Assembly (NCBI GenBank): GCA_021654395.1
Contig: AP024486.1
Span: forward strand, 390,001 to 422,000
From: Candidatus Saccharimonadota bacterium
Lineage (GTDB): Archaea > Micrarchaeota > Micrarchaeia > Micrarchaeales > Micrarchaeaceae
DNA length: 32,000 bases
Direction of reading: 5' to 3'
The notes under the pieces are model-generated. The model did no database searches. It was given only the letters and a program-made list of their open reading frames with translations, and was not told the DNA's origin. Positions 1-9,610 of the stretch are shown in pieces (the stretch's first letter is position 1; every line of letters begins with the position of its first letter). Both the position numbers and the translations under genes were made by a program.

Positions 1-63
1 TATCTGCTCTCTTGATACTCCTTCCTTAAGGATATCTTCTATATAGAAAAGCACCTTGGTCAT
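1..63 (-). CDS. Partial CDS (N-terminus only; runs off the window), possibly PheRS beta subunit
   Basis: ATG at 63-61 lies 12 nt downstream of the pheS stop and the frame is open to position 1 (MTKVLFYIEDILKEGVSREQI...). The pheT guess rests only on the usual pheS-pheT order; the fragment is too short to confirm. Confidence 0.3.
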   Translation of the reverse strand, partial: MTKVLFYIEDILKEGVSREQI

Positions 64-75
64 ATATACCATCTA

Positions 76-1500
76 TTAAAGATCGAAGAAAGGCCTATCT
101 CTTAAGAACTGAATATTATTTCTATAAAGCTGCCATATCGAGTCTAGATTCAAGAAGTCTCTTGCAAGCCTCTCGATGCTTAAGCCGAAGGCTAAGACTT
201 TCTTATTCTTTATACCTACTGCTCTACATATCTCTTTTCTTATTATGCCAGCACCTCCAAGCTCTATAGTAGTATTAAATCTCTCATTATAGTAGTTGAT
301 CTCGAGGCCTGGCTCTACAAATGGAAAGTACGCTGGCTTAAAGCTAATGTTCTTTATGCCTAGATTCTCGTAGAAGCTTTTTAGTATATATAAAAGATTT
401 GCGAAGTTAAGATCATTTCCAACTATTATTCCATCTATCTGATGGAACTCTGCTAAATGATTAAAATCTATATTCTCATTTCTAAAGACTCTTGCTACAG
501 AGAACATCTTTATAGGATCGCTATAGCTAAGATCCTTTGCTATCTTGTATAGATGCCTTGCTGAGATTGCAGTTGCTTGAGTTCTTAGCAACGCTCTTTT
601 AGCCATATCCTCTTTCCATTCATATCTCCATCCTTTCTTATGCATACTCTTTACTCTTTCTACTAAAGCAACATCATCTATACTTAGGCTTATAGGTCCT
701 TTTATGTAGAATGTATCTTGCATCTCTCTAGCTGGATGATCCTGCGGCTCAAATAGGACATCAAAGTTCCAGAATGCAGTCTCTACTATGGGGCCATTAA
801 CCTCTATAAAGCCCATACTCAGAAAGATCTGCTTTATTATGTTTATGAACTCGTGTACTGGATGCTCTCTAGCAGGATATACTGCTTCTACCTCTTGATC
901 TATATCATATCTCTTAAAATCCTTATTTAGCCACTCCTTATTAAGTATAATCTCTCTTGTAAGGCTTGTTATATAGCTCTCCTTTGAATAATCTTTTATA
1001 ACCCTTATATTACTGATCTCTGTCTCAGTTGTCTCTCTTATAAGACCTCTCTTCTTTAGTATGCTAATATACTCCTCCTTATCCTTTATAAAGCTCTCAT
1101 CATCTAGTCTATTCAGTATATCTCTAAGTATATAGCTTCCATCTCTCTTATACTCTTCAGCTATCTTTGTCAAAAAGATCTTTCCGTCCTTTATAGCTAT
1201 CCATCCATTTCTCTTTGCCCATTGAACAGCTACAGGATCTGCACTCTTCGTTTCTATAAATTCATCTATAGATCTAACTAGCTTCTCCTCTGGAAGCCCA
1301 TCTAGATAGCTCCTTCCTTCATCAGTTAGATAGTATCTTTTTCTCTCAGCTTTATTAAACTCTATATATCCTTCTTGCTTAAGCCTCTCTAGTATAGAGC
1401 TCAATGTATTTATGCTTATTCCTGAGAGCGCGTTAAGCTTCTTTATATCTATTCCGGGATTGCTCTTTATTATACTAATTACTATCTCCTTCTGATCCAT
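76..1500 (-). CDS. pheS: Phenylalanine--tRNA ligase alpha subunit (archaeal type with N-terminal winged-helix region)
   Basis: Class II aaRS motifs: FEPQDHPAREMQDTFY, ARVFRNENIDFNHLAEFHQIDG, AFGLSIERLA. The ORF track starts at TTG 1509; ATG 1500 (MDQKEI...) is the more likely start. Confidence 0.9.
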   Translation of the reverse strand: MDQKEIVISIIKSNPGIDIKKLNALSGISINTLSSILERLKQEGYIEFNKAERKRYYLTDEGRSYLDGLPEEKLVRSIDEFIETKSADPVAVQWAKRNGWIAIKDGKIFLTKIAEEYKRDGSYILRDILNRLDDESFIKDKEEYISILKKRGLIRETTETEISNIRVIKDYSKESYITSLTREIILNKEWLNKDFKRYDIDQEVEAVYPAREHPVHEFINIIKQIFLSMGFIEVNGPIVETAFWNFDVLFEPQDHPAREMQDTFYIKGPISLSIDDVALVERVKSMHKKGWRYEWKEDMAKRALLRTQATAISARHLYKIAKDLSYSDPIKMFSVARVFRNENIDFNHLAEFHQIDGIIVGNDLNFANLLYILKSFYENLGIKNISFKPAYFPFVEPGLEINYYNERFNTTIELGGAGIIRKEICRAVGIKNKKVLAFGLSIERLARDFLNLDSIWQLYRNNIQFLRDRPFFDL

Positions 1501-1540
1501 ACAATTCAAATATTTATAAATTAAGATATAAATAATAAAT

Positions 1541-2308
1541 CTAACCTTTAGATCTCTTATAAGATACTAAGAATACTATAATGAACAGAAGAGCAAGCAG
1601 CGCATAGAGCCAGTAGCCAAGATAATGGTATAATGATGAAACATTAGATATAACCTCCTGTGCTATAGGCTCTCTTATCTGAAATACTAGCTTAAAGTTG
1701 TTTAGCGGCTCTCCTTTGAACCAAGAGACACGTGTTACATTCTTGTAGCTGTTTATAACACCTCCTGCAGGATAGTCTGGCAGAGGATAGATCTCTTTAA
1801 TTGTAGAGCCATTAGGTAGTATTATATTAAGCGAGGTGCTTGCAGGTATAATCTCACCACTTACAGTATGTAAGAAGTTTAAGAAGCTGTCGTTAAATGT
1901 ATAAGTGAATAGTCTTGGCGCGGTCTTGTTTATTATAGTAAGATTTCTAACAAAGTAGCTTACATCTATATATGCATATGCAAACTGCGCATTTATCAGA
2001 GATGGAGCTCCTGGAAGTAAGGTAACATCTGAAACTCCATACTTCGGGTTTACTATATAGAAAGTGAAGTTTCTACCAAGTATGCTAGCCCACTGACCTA
2101 CAGTAAGATTTAGATCTACTCTATAGTCATAATACTGCTGAATAGAGGTATTTGTTATATATATGTTATAAAGCTCATTAACTAGCGCAGATCCATTCTC
2201 ATAGATGTGTATAGTTACATTCGTATAGTTTATTATAAAGTAGCTTCTGCTTAATGGAGTTATGAGTAGCATTATAAGCATAGCAATTATATAAGTCTGG
2301 ATCTTCAT
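1541..2308 (-). CDS. Hypothetical bitopic surface protein, N-glycosylation-sequon rich
   Basis: N-terminal signal-like hydrophobic segment and a C-terminal TM helix followed by KRSKG. Twelve N-x-S/T sequons in 255 aa. No recognisable catalytic motif. Confidence 0.6.
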   Translation of the reverse strand: MKIQTYIIAMLIMLLITPLSRSYFIINYTNVTIHIYENGSALVNELYNIYITNTSIQQYYDYRVDLNLTVGQWASILGRNFTFYIVNPKYGVSDVTLLPGAPSLINAQFAYAYIDVSYFVRNLTIINKTAPRLFTYTFNDSFLNFLHTVSGEIIPASTSLNIILPNGSTIKEIYPLPDYPAGGVINSYKNVTRVSWFKGEPLNNFKLVFQIREPIAQEVISNVSSLYHYLGYWLYALLALLFIIVFLVSYKRSKG

Positions 2309-2382
2309 TGTAATCTTCCTTACTATACTTATATATATAAATATTTTTATGTTATTATGCTTAAATATAGCTACTGAATTTC

Positions 2383-3240
2383 ATGCTAAACTCTATTGAG
2401 GAGGTTCTACCACGTAATATAATCAAGGCATTAAATGATACATTCAGTAAGATATCTAGAATGGATGTAAACGACTTTGTTAATAAGTATCTATATGAGC
2501 CATCGATACATCTTCTTAAGGTAAATGGTAAAGGAATAAGGCCTGCCCTAGTTCTATTAGATGCCATGATAAATAACTTAGATATAGAGGATTATGAGAA
2601 TCTAGCGGCCTCGATAGAGCTGCTGCATGTGGCATCTTTAATACATGATGATATAATAGATGATGATGAGATAAGAAGAGGAGTTAAGACAGTACACAAG
2701 GCATTCAGCATTCCAGAGGCCATATTAGCGGGAGATGCGTTGATATCTAAGGCAATAATGCTTGCGAGTCCTTATGGTAAGGATGTTATAGATCTGCTAT
2801 CTAATACAGCAATGCAGATGTCTGCTGGAGAGATCTATGAGTATAGATTGAGAGCAGATAAGGAGATAGGGCTTGAAGAGTACATAAGGATCTGCGAGCT
2901 TAAGAGCGCATCATTGATAGGCGCATCAATAAGCGTAGTAGATCTAAGTATATCTAATAATCTATTCAATAAGATGTTCAACTTTGGAGTTAATCTAGGG
3001 GTAGCATTTCAGATAAGAGATGATATAATAGACTATACAATGGCAGATTCAAGAAATATAAGTAAGAATGAAAGATCTAATAAGGCAAATATCGTAAACA
3101 TCTATAAAGGATCTGTAGATAATGCCATAAGATTAAATAACGGCTATATAGACAAAGCGTTAAGCTTTGTTAAGGATACGAGCAACTTTAATCTGTTAAA
3201 AGAGATAGCAGAGTCTTTGAGAGTCTTAAATACTATCTAG
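2383..3240 (+). CDS. trans-Polyprenyl diphosphate synthase (probably a medium- or long-chain product)
   Basis: Two Asp-rich motifs: LIHDDIIDDDEIRRG (FARM) and FQIRDDIIDY (SARM). Residues at -5/-4 before the FARM are Ala/Ser rather than aromatic. Confidence 0.85.
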   Translation: MLNSIEEVLPRNIIKALNDTFSKISRMDVNDFVNKYLYEPSIHLLKVNGKGIRPALVLLDAMINNLDIEDYENLAASIELLHVASLIHDDIIDDDEIRRGVKTVHKAFSIPEAILAGDALISKAIMLASPYGKDVIDLLSNTAMQMSAGEIYEYRLRADKEIGLEEYIRICELKSASLIGASISVVDLSISNNLFNKMFNFGVNLGVAFQIRDDIIDYTMADSRNISKNERSNKANIVNIYKGSVDNAIRLNNGYIDKALSFVKDTSNFNLLKEIAESLRVLNTI

Positions 3241-3260
3241 ATAATATAATAGATCTAGTA

Positions 3261-3956
3261 CTACTTATTTACTCTTGCTGTTATCATAAAAGTTAATCTA
3301 GTAAGAAGCTCTTTATAAGAGATATTGTCAAAGCCCTTTGACTTTAATATATTTATGAATCTTTCAACATCAAACTTTCTAACAGATTCTGTAAGCCATA
3401 GATAGGAGTTCTTGTTTATTAAAGAGCCTGCTTTTACTATGAAGTCAAAGTAGCCCTCAAAGAAGGCCTTTGCTAAGCCATTCTTCGGCATTGCCATATC
3501 TATCAATACGACATATCCTTTATCCTTTACTATCCTCTTAGCCTCTTCAGCAAACGAGTCAAGATGATCGAAGTTCCTTAAAGCGAATGCACTTGTTAAT
3601 AAGTCAAAGTAGCTATCTTCATATCTTGTATTCTCTGCATCCGCTATCTCTATATTTATATTATACTTATACTTAGCGATCTTGCTCTTTGCAATAGACA
3701 GCATATATGGATTTATATCAATAGCATATATATCTATAATCTTACCAGAGCTTTTAGCATGCTTATATAAAGAGATTGCAAGATCTCCTGTGCCGGTAGC
3801 AACATCTATAACTCTAGCATTACTGTTAGTAAGAGATACTGCTTTCTTAGCTGCCTCATCTCTCCATAGCTTATCTATATTAAGGCTAAAGAGATGATTC
3901 ATAAGATCGTATCTCTTATGGATATTCCTAAAAACATTGAATATATAATCGCTCAT
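3261..3956 (-). CDS. ubiE: UbiE/MenG-family (demethyl)menaquinone C-methyltransferase
   Basis: N-terminal YDLMNHLFSLNIDKLWR signature typical of UbiE/COQ5. SAM motif I VIDVATGTGDLA. Confidence 0.8.
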   Translation of the reverse strand: MSDYIFNVFRNIHKRYDLMNHLFSLNIDKLWRDEAAKKAVSLTNSNARVIDVATGTGDLAISLYKHAKSSGKIIDIYAIDINPYMLSIAKSKIAKYKYNINIEIADAENTRYEDSYFDLLTSAFALRNFDHLDSFAEEAKRIVKDKGYVVLIDMAMPKNGLAKAFFEGYFDFIVKAGSLINKNSYLWLTESVRKFDVERFINILKSKGFDNISYKELLTRLTFMITARVNK

Positions 3957-3998
3957 GTAAATTCATATTAAGATTATAGCAGAAGATAATAAAAAGAG

Positions 3999-4679
3999 TT
4001 ACTTATTACCAGATCCAAGTATATCGGCTGTTAGCTTGTATCTAGATATACTATGGAGCAGCAGCTTTCCATTGCCTCTAAAGCTCATTAGAAATATTCC
4101 AACGCCCCCAAACAGAGCACTTCTTATATTTCCTACGGTGCTTACTGTATAGCTTAGAGAAGGAGTAAATCCAGCAAGATGCCCTGGATCTATCTGTATC
4201 TCATCTCCCTCTTTTAGATCATGTTCAATTAGATCTCCAACTATATGTGCAAACACTACTCCTGGTCCATTAAACTTTTGTAAGAATAAGCCAGTATTCG
4301 TGAAGAATGCTGCTGATAGAGAGACTCTTTGTGTATTAAAGCTTACATTTGATGTAGCGAGTAAGAAAGCTCTATCTTCTAATACTATGCTCTCTCCTTC
4401 ATTCAGCTCTATAGCTATAATCTTTCCTGGCAGATCATTACTTACTGTTAATAGGCCTCTATCTCCCTTTGCTTCGAATACTGTAAGGAAGCCTGTTGCT
4501 CCAGTTATCTCTCTCTTAATAGCTCCTAGTATGCCACCTACAAGTCTAGGAGACATAACTACAGAGGCAGACTTGCTTACTAAGTATCCTGTATCGCAAT
4601 ATACAGACTCTCCAGGATCGAGCTCTATATTTAGATACTGAACCGTTGTACCAGATATATTATATCTCATGCATATCAT
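3999..4679 (-). CDS. AIM24/TIGR00266 (DUF124)-like protein
   Basis: The start of the trimmed ORF (MRYNISGTTVQYLNIELDPGESVYCDTGYLV...) and its Gly-rich beta-type sequence resemble the AIM24 family, recognised from memory only. The track ORF extends to 4772, but an AGCTTTATAAAG promoter-like box at 4709-4698 about 24 nt upstream favours ATG 4679 (or 4670). Confidence 0.55.
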   Translation of the reverse strand: MICMRYNISGTTVQYLNIELDPGESVYCDTGYLVSKSASVVMSPRLVGGILGAIKREITGATGFLTVFEAKGDRGLLTVSNDLPGKIIAIELNEGESIVLEDRAFLLATSNVSFNTQRVSLSAAFFTNTGLFLQKFNGPGVVFAHIVGDLIEHDLKEGDEIQIDPGHLAGFTPSLSYTVSTVGNIRSALFGGVGIFLMSFRGNGKLLLHSISRYKLTADILGSGNK

Positions 4680-4752
4680 TATACCTTTAGAGTTAATCTT
4701 TATAAAGCTGATGCAGAAAGAGTATTTAATCTGATAAGGATTAATAGAGAGT

Positions 4753-5949
4753 ATGCTTATACTAAAGGACAAGCCAGAGGACTTTATAGTTGAAGAGATA
4801 GCACTTAATGGTAAGATACTTCAGATAGATACTAATATATCCGCAAGCGATCTCGGAGTATCAGAATTAGACAATGGCGATTATCTAGTATTTGTAATGC
4901 AGAAGCGTAATTGGAATACTAGTCAAGCTCTAAGAAGAATAGCTAGATATCTATCAAAAGGGAAGAAGTCATTCTCATTTGCTGGAACAAAAGACAGGAA
5001 GGCAGTAACAACTCAGCTATGCAGTATATATAAAGCAGATATAGATAAGCTAAAAGCAATGAAGATAAAGGATATAAAGATAAACGGCGCTTTCTATTAT
5101 AATAAGCCAGTTAAGCTAGGAGATCTTCTAGGAAATAGGTTTAGAATAATTCTAAGAGGTGAACATAAGCCAGTAAGTGATCAGATCGAGCAGTATGGAA
5201 GATTTCCTAACTTCTTCGGTGAGCAAAGATTCGGATTTAGAGATAATAACGTGAAGATAGGTTTAGAGCTCCTTAGAGGTAATATAAAGGAGGCAGTTAT
5301 CTTATATCTTACAGATACATCAAATGAGCTAAATAAGCTAGCGATAGAGGCTAGGGAGCGCTTAAGAAGAGAGATGGACTTTAAGAAAGCTTTAGAGTAC
5401 TTTCCTAAGTATCTAAAGTATGAGAGATCAGTTATAGAGTATCTTTCAAGATATGAGAACTATGCAAATGCATTTAGAAGGTTACCAAGACAGCTTCTTC
5501 TTATGTTTATACATTCTGTAGACTCATACATATTTAACAGAGAGCTACAGCTAAGAATAGAGCAGGGCATAAGTAGAATGGAGAATGATCTATATACTAA
5601 GCCAGACTTCTACGGATTTCCAAGCAGAGAGCTATCTAAAGATTATGATGAAAGTAGCTTTGTAATGATGCCACTGATAGGATATAATACAGAGTTAAAT
5701 AGTATAGAGAAGCAGATACTAGAGGAGCTCTCTATAGATAAAGAGTCGTTTAAGGTAAAGCATATGCCTGAGCTTAATGCAAAAGGCAGCTATAGAGCAG
5801 CATACGCACCATACAAGAACCTATATATAAAAGATAGTAAGGATATTATAGAAGTGGGCTTTGAGATACCTGCAGGATCTTATGCAACGACGCTGCTAAG
5901 ATACAAAGGCTTAGAGTACAAAGAGGTAAAAGAGCTAGAGTCTAACTAG
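4753..5949 (+). CDS. truD: tRNA pseudouridine synthase TruD/Pus7 family
   Basis: N-terminal PEDFIVEEI and the catalytic FSFAGTKDRKAVTTQ motif (GxKD...TxQ). Confidence 0.85.
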   Translation: MLILKDKPEDFIVEEIALNGKILQIDTNISASDLGVSELDNGDYLVFVMQKRNWNTSQALRRIARYLSKGKKSFSFAGTKDRKAVTTQLCSIYKADIDKLKAMKIKDIKINGAFYYNKPVKLGDLLGNRFRIILRGEHKPVSDQIEQYGRFPNFFGEQRFGFRDNNVKIGLELLRGNIKEAVILYLTDTSNELNKLAIEARERLRREMDFKKALEYFPKYLKYERSVIEYLSRYENYANAFRRLPRQLLLMFIHSVDSYIFNRELQLRIEQGISRMENDLYTKPDFYGFPSRELSKDYDESSFVMMPLIGYNTELNSIEKQILEELSIDKESFKVKHMPELNAKGSYRAAYAPYKNLYIKDSKDIIEVGFEIPAGSYATTLLRYKGLEYKEVKELESN

Positions 5950-6207
5950 ATCTCTTATTGCATATAGATTGCCCTCTATCTTCTTGCCTATCTTTATATA
6001 AGGCGGTATCTTATATAATGGCTTCTTATCTTTGTCATATATAATTACATAAGACTTATCTAAAAGATCCTTATCACTACTGATCTTCTTTATATAGATA
6101 ACTTTATAGTACATTGCTTTATCCTTACGCATTCTCCTTAAAGCAGCATCCCAGTTACCCTTGTTAGGATCTTCATTTAGCCTCTTTATCTCTTCAGGAA
6201 GCTTCAT
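5935..6207 (-). CDS. Hypothetical small Lys-rich protein (90 aa)
   Basis: Its ATG overlaps the bcp stop as ATGA (6207-6204), implying translational coupling. Codon usage matches the neighbouring genes. No recognised domain. Confidence 0.45.
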   Translation of the reverse strand: MKLPEEIKRLNEDPNKGNWDAALRRMRKDKAMYYKVIYIKKISSDKDLLDKSYVIIYDKDKKPLYKIPPYIKIGKKIEGNLYAIRDLVRL

Positions 6208-6665
6208 CTATTTACACTCTTTAAGAAGTCTATAACCTCTTGTGCATGCTTTATTGGCTGTACCTTATTATAGATCTTTGCTATATTACCATTAGGATCT
6301 ATTATAAATGTCTTTCTAAGTGTACCAAATCCGAATGCTCCTCTATTGCCATAAGCTCCATATGCCTTTATAACCTTACTCTCAGGATCTGATAATAATA
6401 GAAATCTCAAGTTATACTTCTCTTTAAACTTATCATGAGATTTTAGATCGTCCTTACTTACTCCAACAACCTCTGCATTAAGAGCTCTAATCTCATCTAA
6501 TCTCTTGTTAAAGTTATCTGCCTCTATACTACATCCTGGTGTGTTATCTTTCGGATAGAAGTATAATACAAGATATCTGCCTTTGAATTCTGATAAGCTG
6601 TGCTTCTTTCCATCATTTCCATCTAGCTCAAACTCTGGAGCTGGCTCCCCTTCCTTTAATGCCAT
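6204..6665 (-). CDS. bcp: Peroxiredoxin, Bcp/PrxQ type (thioredoxin fold)
   Basis: FYPKDNTPGCSIE peroxidatic-Cys motif and typical length (153 aa). GGTGATA Shine-Dalgarno 5 nt upstream of the ATG. Confidence 0.85.
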   Translation of the reverse strand: MALKEGEPAPEFELDGNDGKKHSLSEFKGRYLVLYFYPKDNTPGCSIEADNFNKRLDEIRALNAEVVGVSKDDLKSHDKFKEKYNLRFLLLSDPESKVIKAYGAYGNRGAFGFGTLRKTFIIDPNGNIAKIYNKVQPIKHAQEVIDFLKSVNR

Positions 6666-6715
6666 AGTATCACCATTAAGAATTAAGAATCAAATTAATT
6701 AAGCCTTTGCATAAG

Positions 6716-6725
6716 ATAAAAAAGA
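6716..6725 (-). terminator. Oligo-T run (minus strand) just downstream of the 23S processing stem
   Basis: The plus strand reads a run of six A at 6718-6723, which is T6 on the rRNA strand, about 23 nt past the stem. Archaeal RNAP terminates at oligo-T tracts. Confidence 0.3.
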
Positions 6726-6745
6726 TAGTTTAAATATATAGCTTT

Positions 6746-6766
6746 TGTGCTAGTTTACTGCTGCTA
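6746..6766. repeat. 3'-flank arm of the 23S rRNA processing stem (21 nt inverted repeat)
   Basis: tgtgctagtttactgctgcta is the perfect reverse complement of 9611-9631. Confidence 0.85.
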
Positions 6767-6774
6767 GTTAGGCT

Positions 6775-9605
6775 TTAGTAAGGGAATGCTCGCAGATCGC
6801 TTGCGCTTTCTGCTTACACACCCCTCCTATCAAAGCCATCTATTATGGCCGCCCTAGTGCCTCGTTTCGGGTATGGCTTCGCCCTTAGATGCCTTCAGGG
6901 CTTATCCACATGGCGCGTAGCTTCCCGGCAATGCGTACACAACCGGTACACCAGTGGCGCCAGTCCCTCGTTCCTCTCGTACTAAAGGGACTTTATCCTC
7001 TGGCACTAACACTCCCAGTAGTTGCTGCCGTCCTGGCTCACGACGGACTGAACGCAGCTCACGTGGGGTTTTAACGGACTTCAGTCCCACCCTTGGCCGC
7101 TTCTGCACGGCCAGGATACCCCGAGCCCATATCGGTGGGTCGAACCACCGGGTCGATGTGGACTCTCACCGGTGACTAGTCGATTACTTCCGGAGTGCCT
7201 TGTTTGACAGCCTGGAACCCCATTAAAAGGGTTACCAGCGTTCGCTAGGCCCTGCTTTCGCATCTGCACCGCTCGCTTTTCGCGGTACAGTCAACCCTGC
7301 ATTTGCCCTTACGTTTACCGGTAGGTTTCCAACCTACCTAAGCAGAGCTTTGGGCACCTTCGTTTCCTTATCGAAGGCAGCCGTCCAGCCTAACTGCCCA
7401 CCTGCAGCTGTTCCTATTAAGGTAAGCCATGAGACAGCTCAGGAGTAGTATTACACTGGCGCATCCTCGTGCACCGCAATGCACGATTCATAGCTCCTAC
7501 TTATGCTATGCGAGAGCCGTCTCATAGCAACTACAGGCTGCAGTAAAGGCTCACGGGGTCTTCTCTACCCACTGGGAGATCGCGGCATATACACCGCGTA
7601 GTGAGTTCACCAGGTCCAAGGTTGGGACAGCGGGGCTGTCGTTACGCCATTCATGCAATCCGGCACTTAACCGGCTAGGTATTACGCTACCTTAAGAGGG
7701 TCAGAGTTACCCCCGCTCTTTGCCAGCGCTTCTTCCCGTTGGACCGGGCTTTCACGTACTGGCGGGGAGCAGGCGTCACCCACCGTGAAAGGCGTTACCA
7801 CTTATCGGTGAGTTGTGTTTTTGATAAACAGTCGCAGCCCCCTGGTCAGTGCCACCTGCGCTTACCAGGCGCAGGCATGCCTTCTGCCGAAGTCACAGCA
7901 CCAATTTGCCTAGTTCCCTAACCTTGGTTACCCTGCCACGCCTCGGCCTTCTCAGCCAGCCACACCTCTACAAGTTCTAGGTACGGTCTAGCGAGATCGT
8001 TGTAGATCCCCTTTTCACGGTGTCAGAGATTCAGCCCAAGTTCATTGAGCCACTTCTCCTCATAACGAGACTCCGTGGCCGCTTGCACTTTTCGAGGGGC
8101 CTATCTCCAACAGTCAGGGATCTACCTTGTGTTGCCACACCTACTCGCTAGGCGCAGGAATATTAACCTGCTTCCCTTTTGCCTCCTAGTAATTAGCTGG
8201 AGGCTTAGGACCGGCTAACCCTCTTCTGACGAGCATGGAAGAGGAACCCGTGGGCTTAAGGCGTAGTGGATTCTCACCACTATTTGCTGCTACTAACACC
8301 AGGATTTTCTCTACAGCACGATCCATCTGTCCTTACGGACAGACTTCTGCTCGTGCCGTATGCCCTCCTACCCGTGCTTATCGCACGATGCGGTCTCGGC
8401 ACCCAGCTTAGCCCCGTATATTTTCGCCCAGTTATGTCTCGACCGGTCCGCTTTGACGCGTTGTTTAAAGGATGGCCGCTTCTGAGCCTACCTCCCGGCT
8501 GTCTCAGACATAACCAGACTTCAATAACACTCAGCTGGGATTTGGGGGCCTTAACCGCATTTACTGTCTTTACAGTCTCGTGGTGCTAACTTACTTAACA
8601 CCACCGACTCCCGGGGTCTACGCAGCATATGCCTTCGGAGTTCGACGAGCAAGCCGAGCCTTTCGGCTCGAACTTGCTAATCGGTAGCTCTACAGCATAT
8701 GCAAGCTCGCCCGAGGCTATCCTAAAGATACTTCGGAGGGGACCCGCTATTGCCGTGCTCGAGTTGTTTATCGCAGCTACACGTACCTCACCCGAGCGGC
8801 TATACCAGCACCGGATGCGGCCCTCCACCAAGCGTTAGCTTAGCTTCAGCCTGGGCACGTGTAGATCGCAACGGCTTCGGGTCGTACAGAAGTGATTATA
8901 TGGCATTTTCATACCACGTGCCTCACTCATAAGAGCTGCGCACTCTCGCTTTCGCTCCGCCTTTCGGCTTACCACTTCTGTACACTCCCTGGCTCTTGCT
9001 TCGAGAAGAATGATAGGACACTGATCAGCACTTATCGCTTTAACGCTTACGCGTTAAAGCTTCTAAATGCTTCATCTCTTTCATGCCCTACCTTCGTGTC
9101 GCCAGTTAGTTTCAGATCTCTTTCACTCGCTTGCCCAGCGTACTTTTCAGCTTTCGCTCACGCTACATGGTACGCTATCGGTCTGTAGCCAATATTTAGG
9201 GTTGGGGTTTAATCCCCCATCTTCTTACTCCATACTCAAGGAGCAATACTCTGTGCAGTAGAACTCCAGATGTAATTAACCTACGGGGCTATCACCCTCT
9301 GTGGCTCTGCTTTCCAGCAGATTCGGCTCTTACATCTGGATGTTAATCTACCGCGCCACATCTCCTGCTTTTTGCAAAGCAGGATTCAGATCGCCCTATG
9401 CGGAGTTCATTCGCATTACTAACCGCATCGAAATCTCTTTCTTCTCCTCGGGGTACTAAGATATTTCAATTCCCCCGGTATGCGCACTCATGAGAGTGCA
9501 ATTCGGCGATCCCTGGTTTAAAGGCTGACCTGCGCCTACCCAGGGCTTTTCGCAGCTTGCCACGACCTTCATCGCGGCTACAGCCAAGCCATCCACTAAC
9601 TGGCT
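6775..9605 (-). rRNA. rrl: 23S (LSU) ribosomal RNA; ends approximate
   Basis: The reverse complement contains the sarcin-ricin loop AGTACGAGAGGAAC (about 6967-6985) and a typical 5' end ...GCCAGTTAGTGGATGGCTTGGCTGTAGCCGCGATGAAGG. GC content rises sharply against the AT-rich flanks. The region has no long real ORFs. Confidence 0.95.
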
Positions 9606-9610
9606 TAAGT

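Noticed and set aside
1-1500. Apparent over-representation of CTAG (8 hand-counted in the first 1.5 kb), which would be unusual because CTAG is avoided in most prokaryotes.
   Set aside because: A second hand count over 12181-13080 found only one occurrence. The signal is local and strand- or codon-dependent, so it is not a supported genome property. It needs a proper k-mer computation.
4680-4772. A 31-aa N-terminal extension of the AIM24-like ORF (MSFSISILSINPYQIKYSF...) overlapping the truD start.
   Set aside because: The extension is low-complexity and would overlap the divergent truD start. It also contains the promoter-like palindrome ctttataaag. Internal ATG 4679 or 4670 gives the family-typical N-terminus.
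6889-9261. About a dozen 60-107-aa ORFs on both strands (for example 6889-7074, 8266-8589, 8892-9188).
   Set aside because: All lie inside the GC-rich 23S rRNA gene. Their Pro/Arg/Ser-rich translations are the usual artefact of translating structured RNA in an otherwise AT-rich genome.
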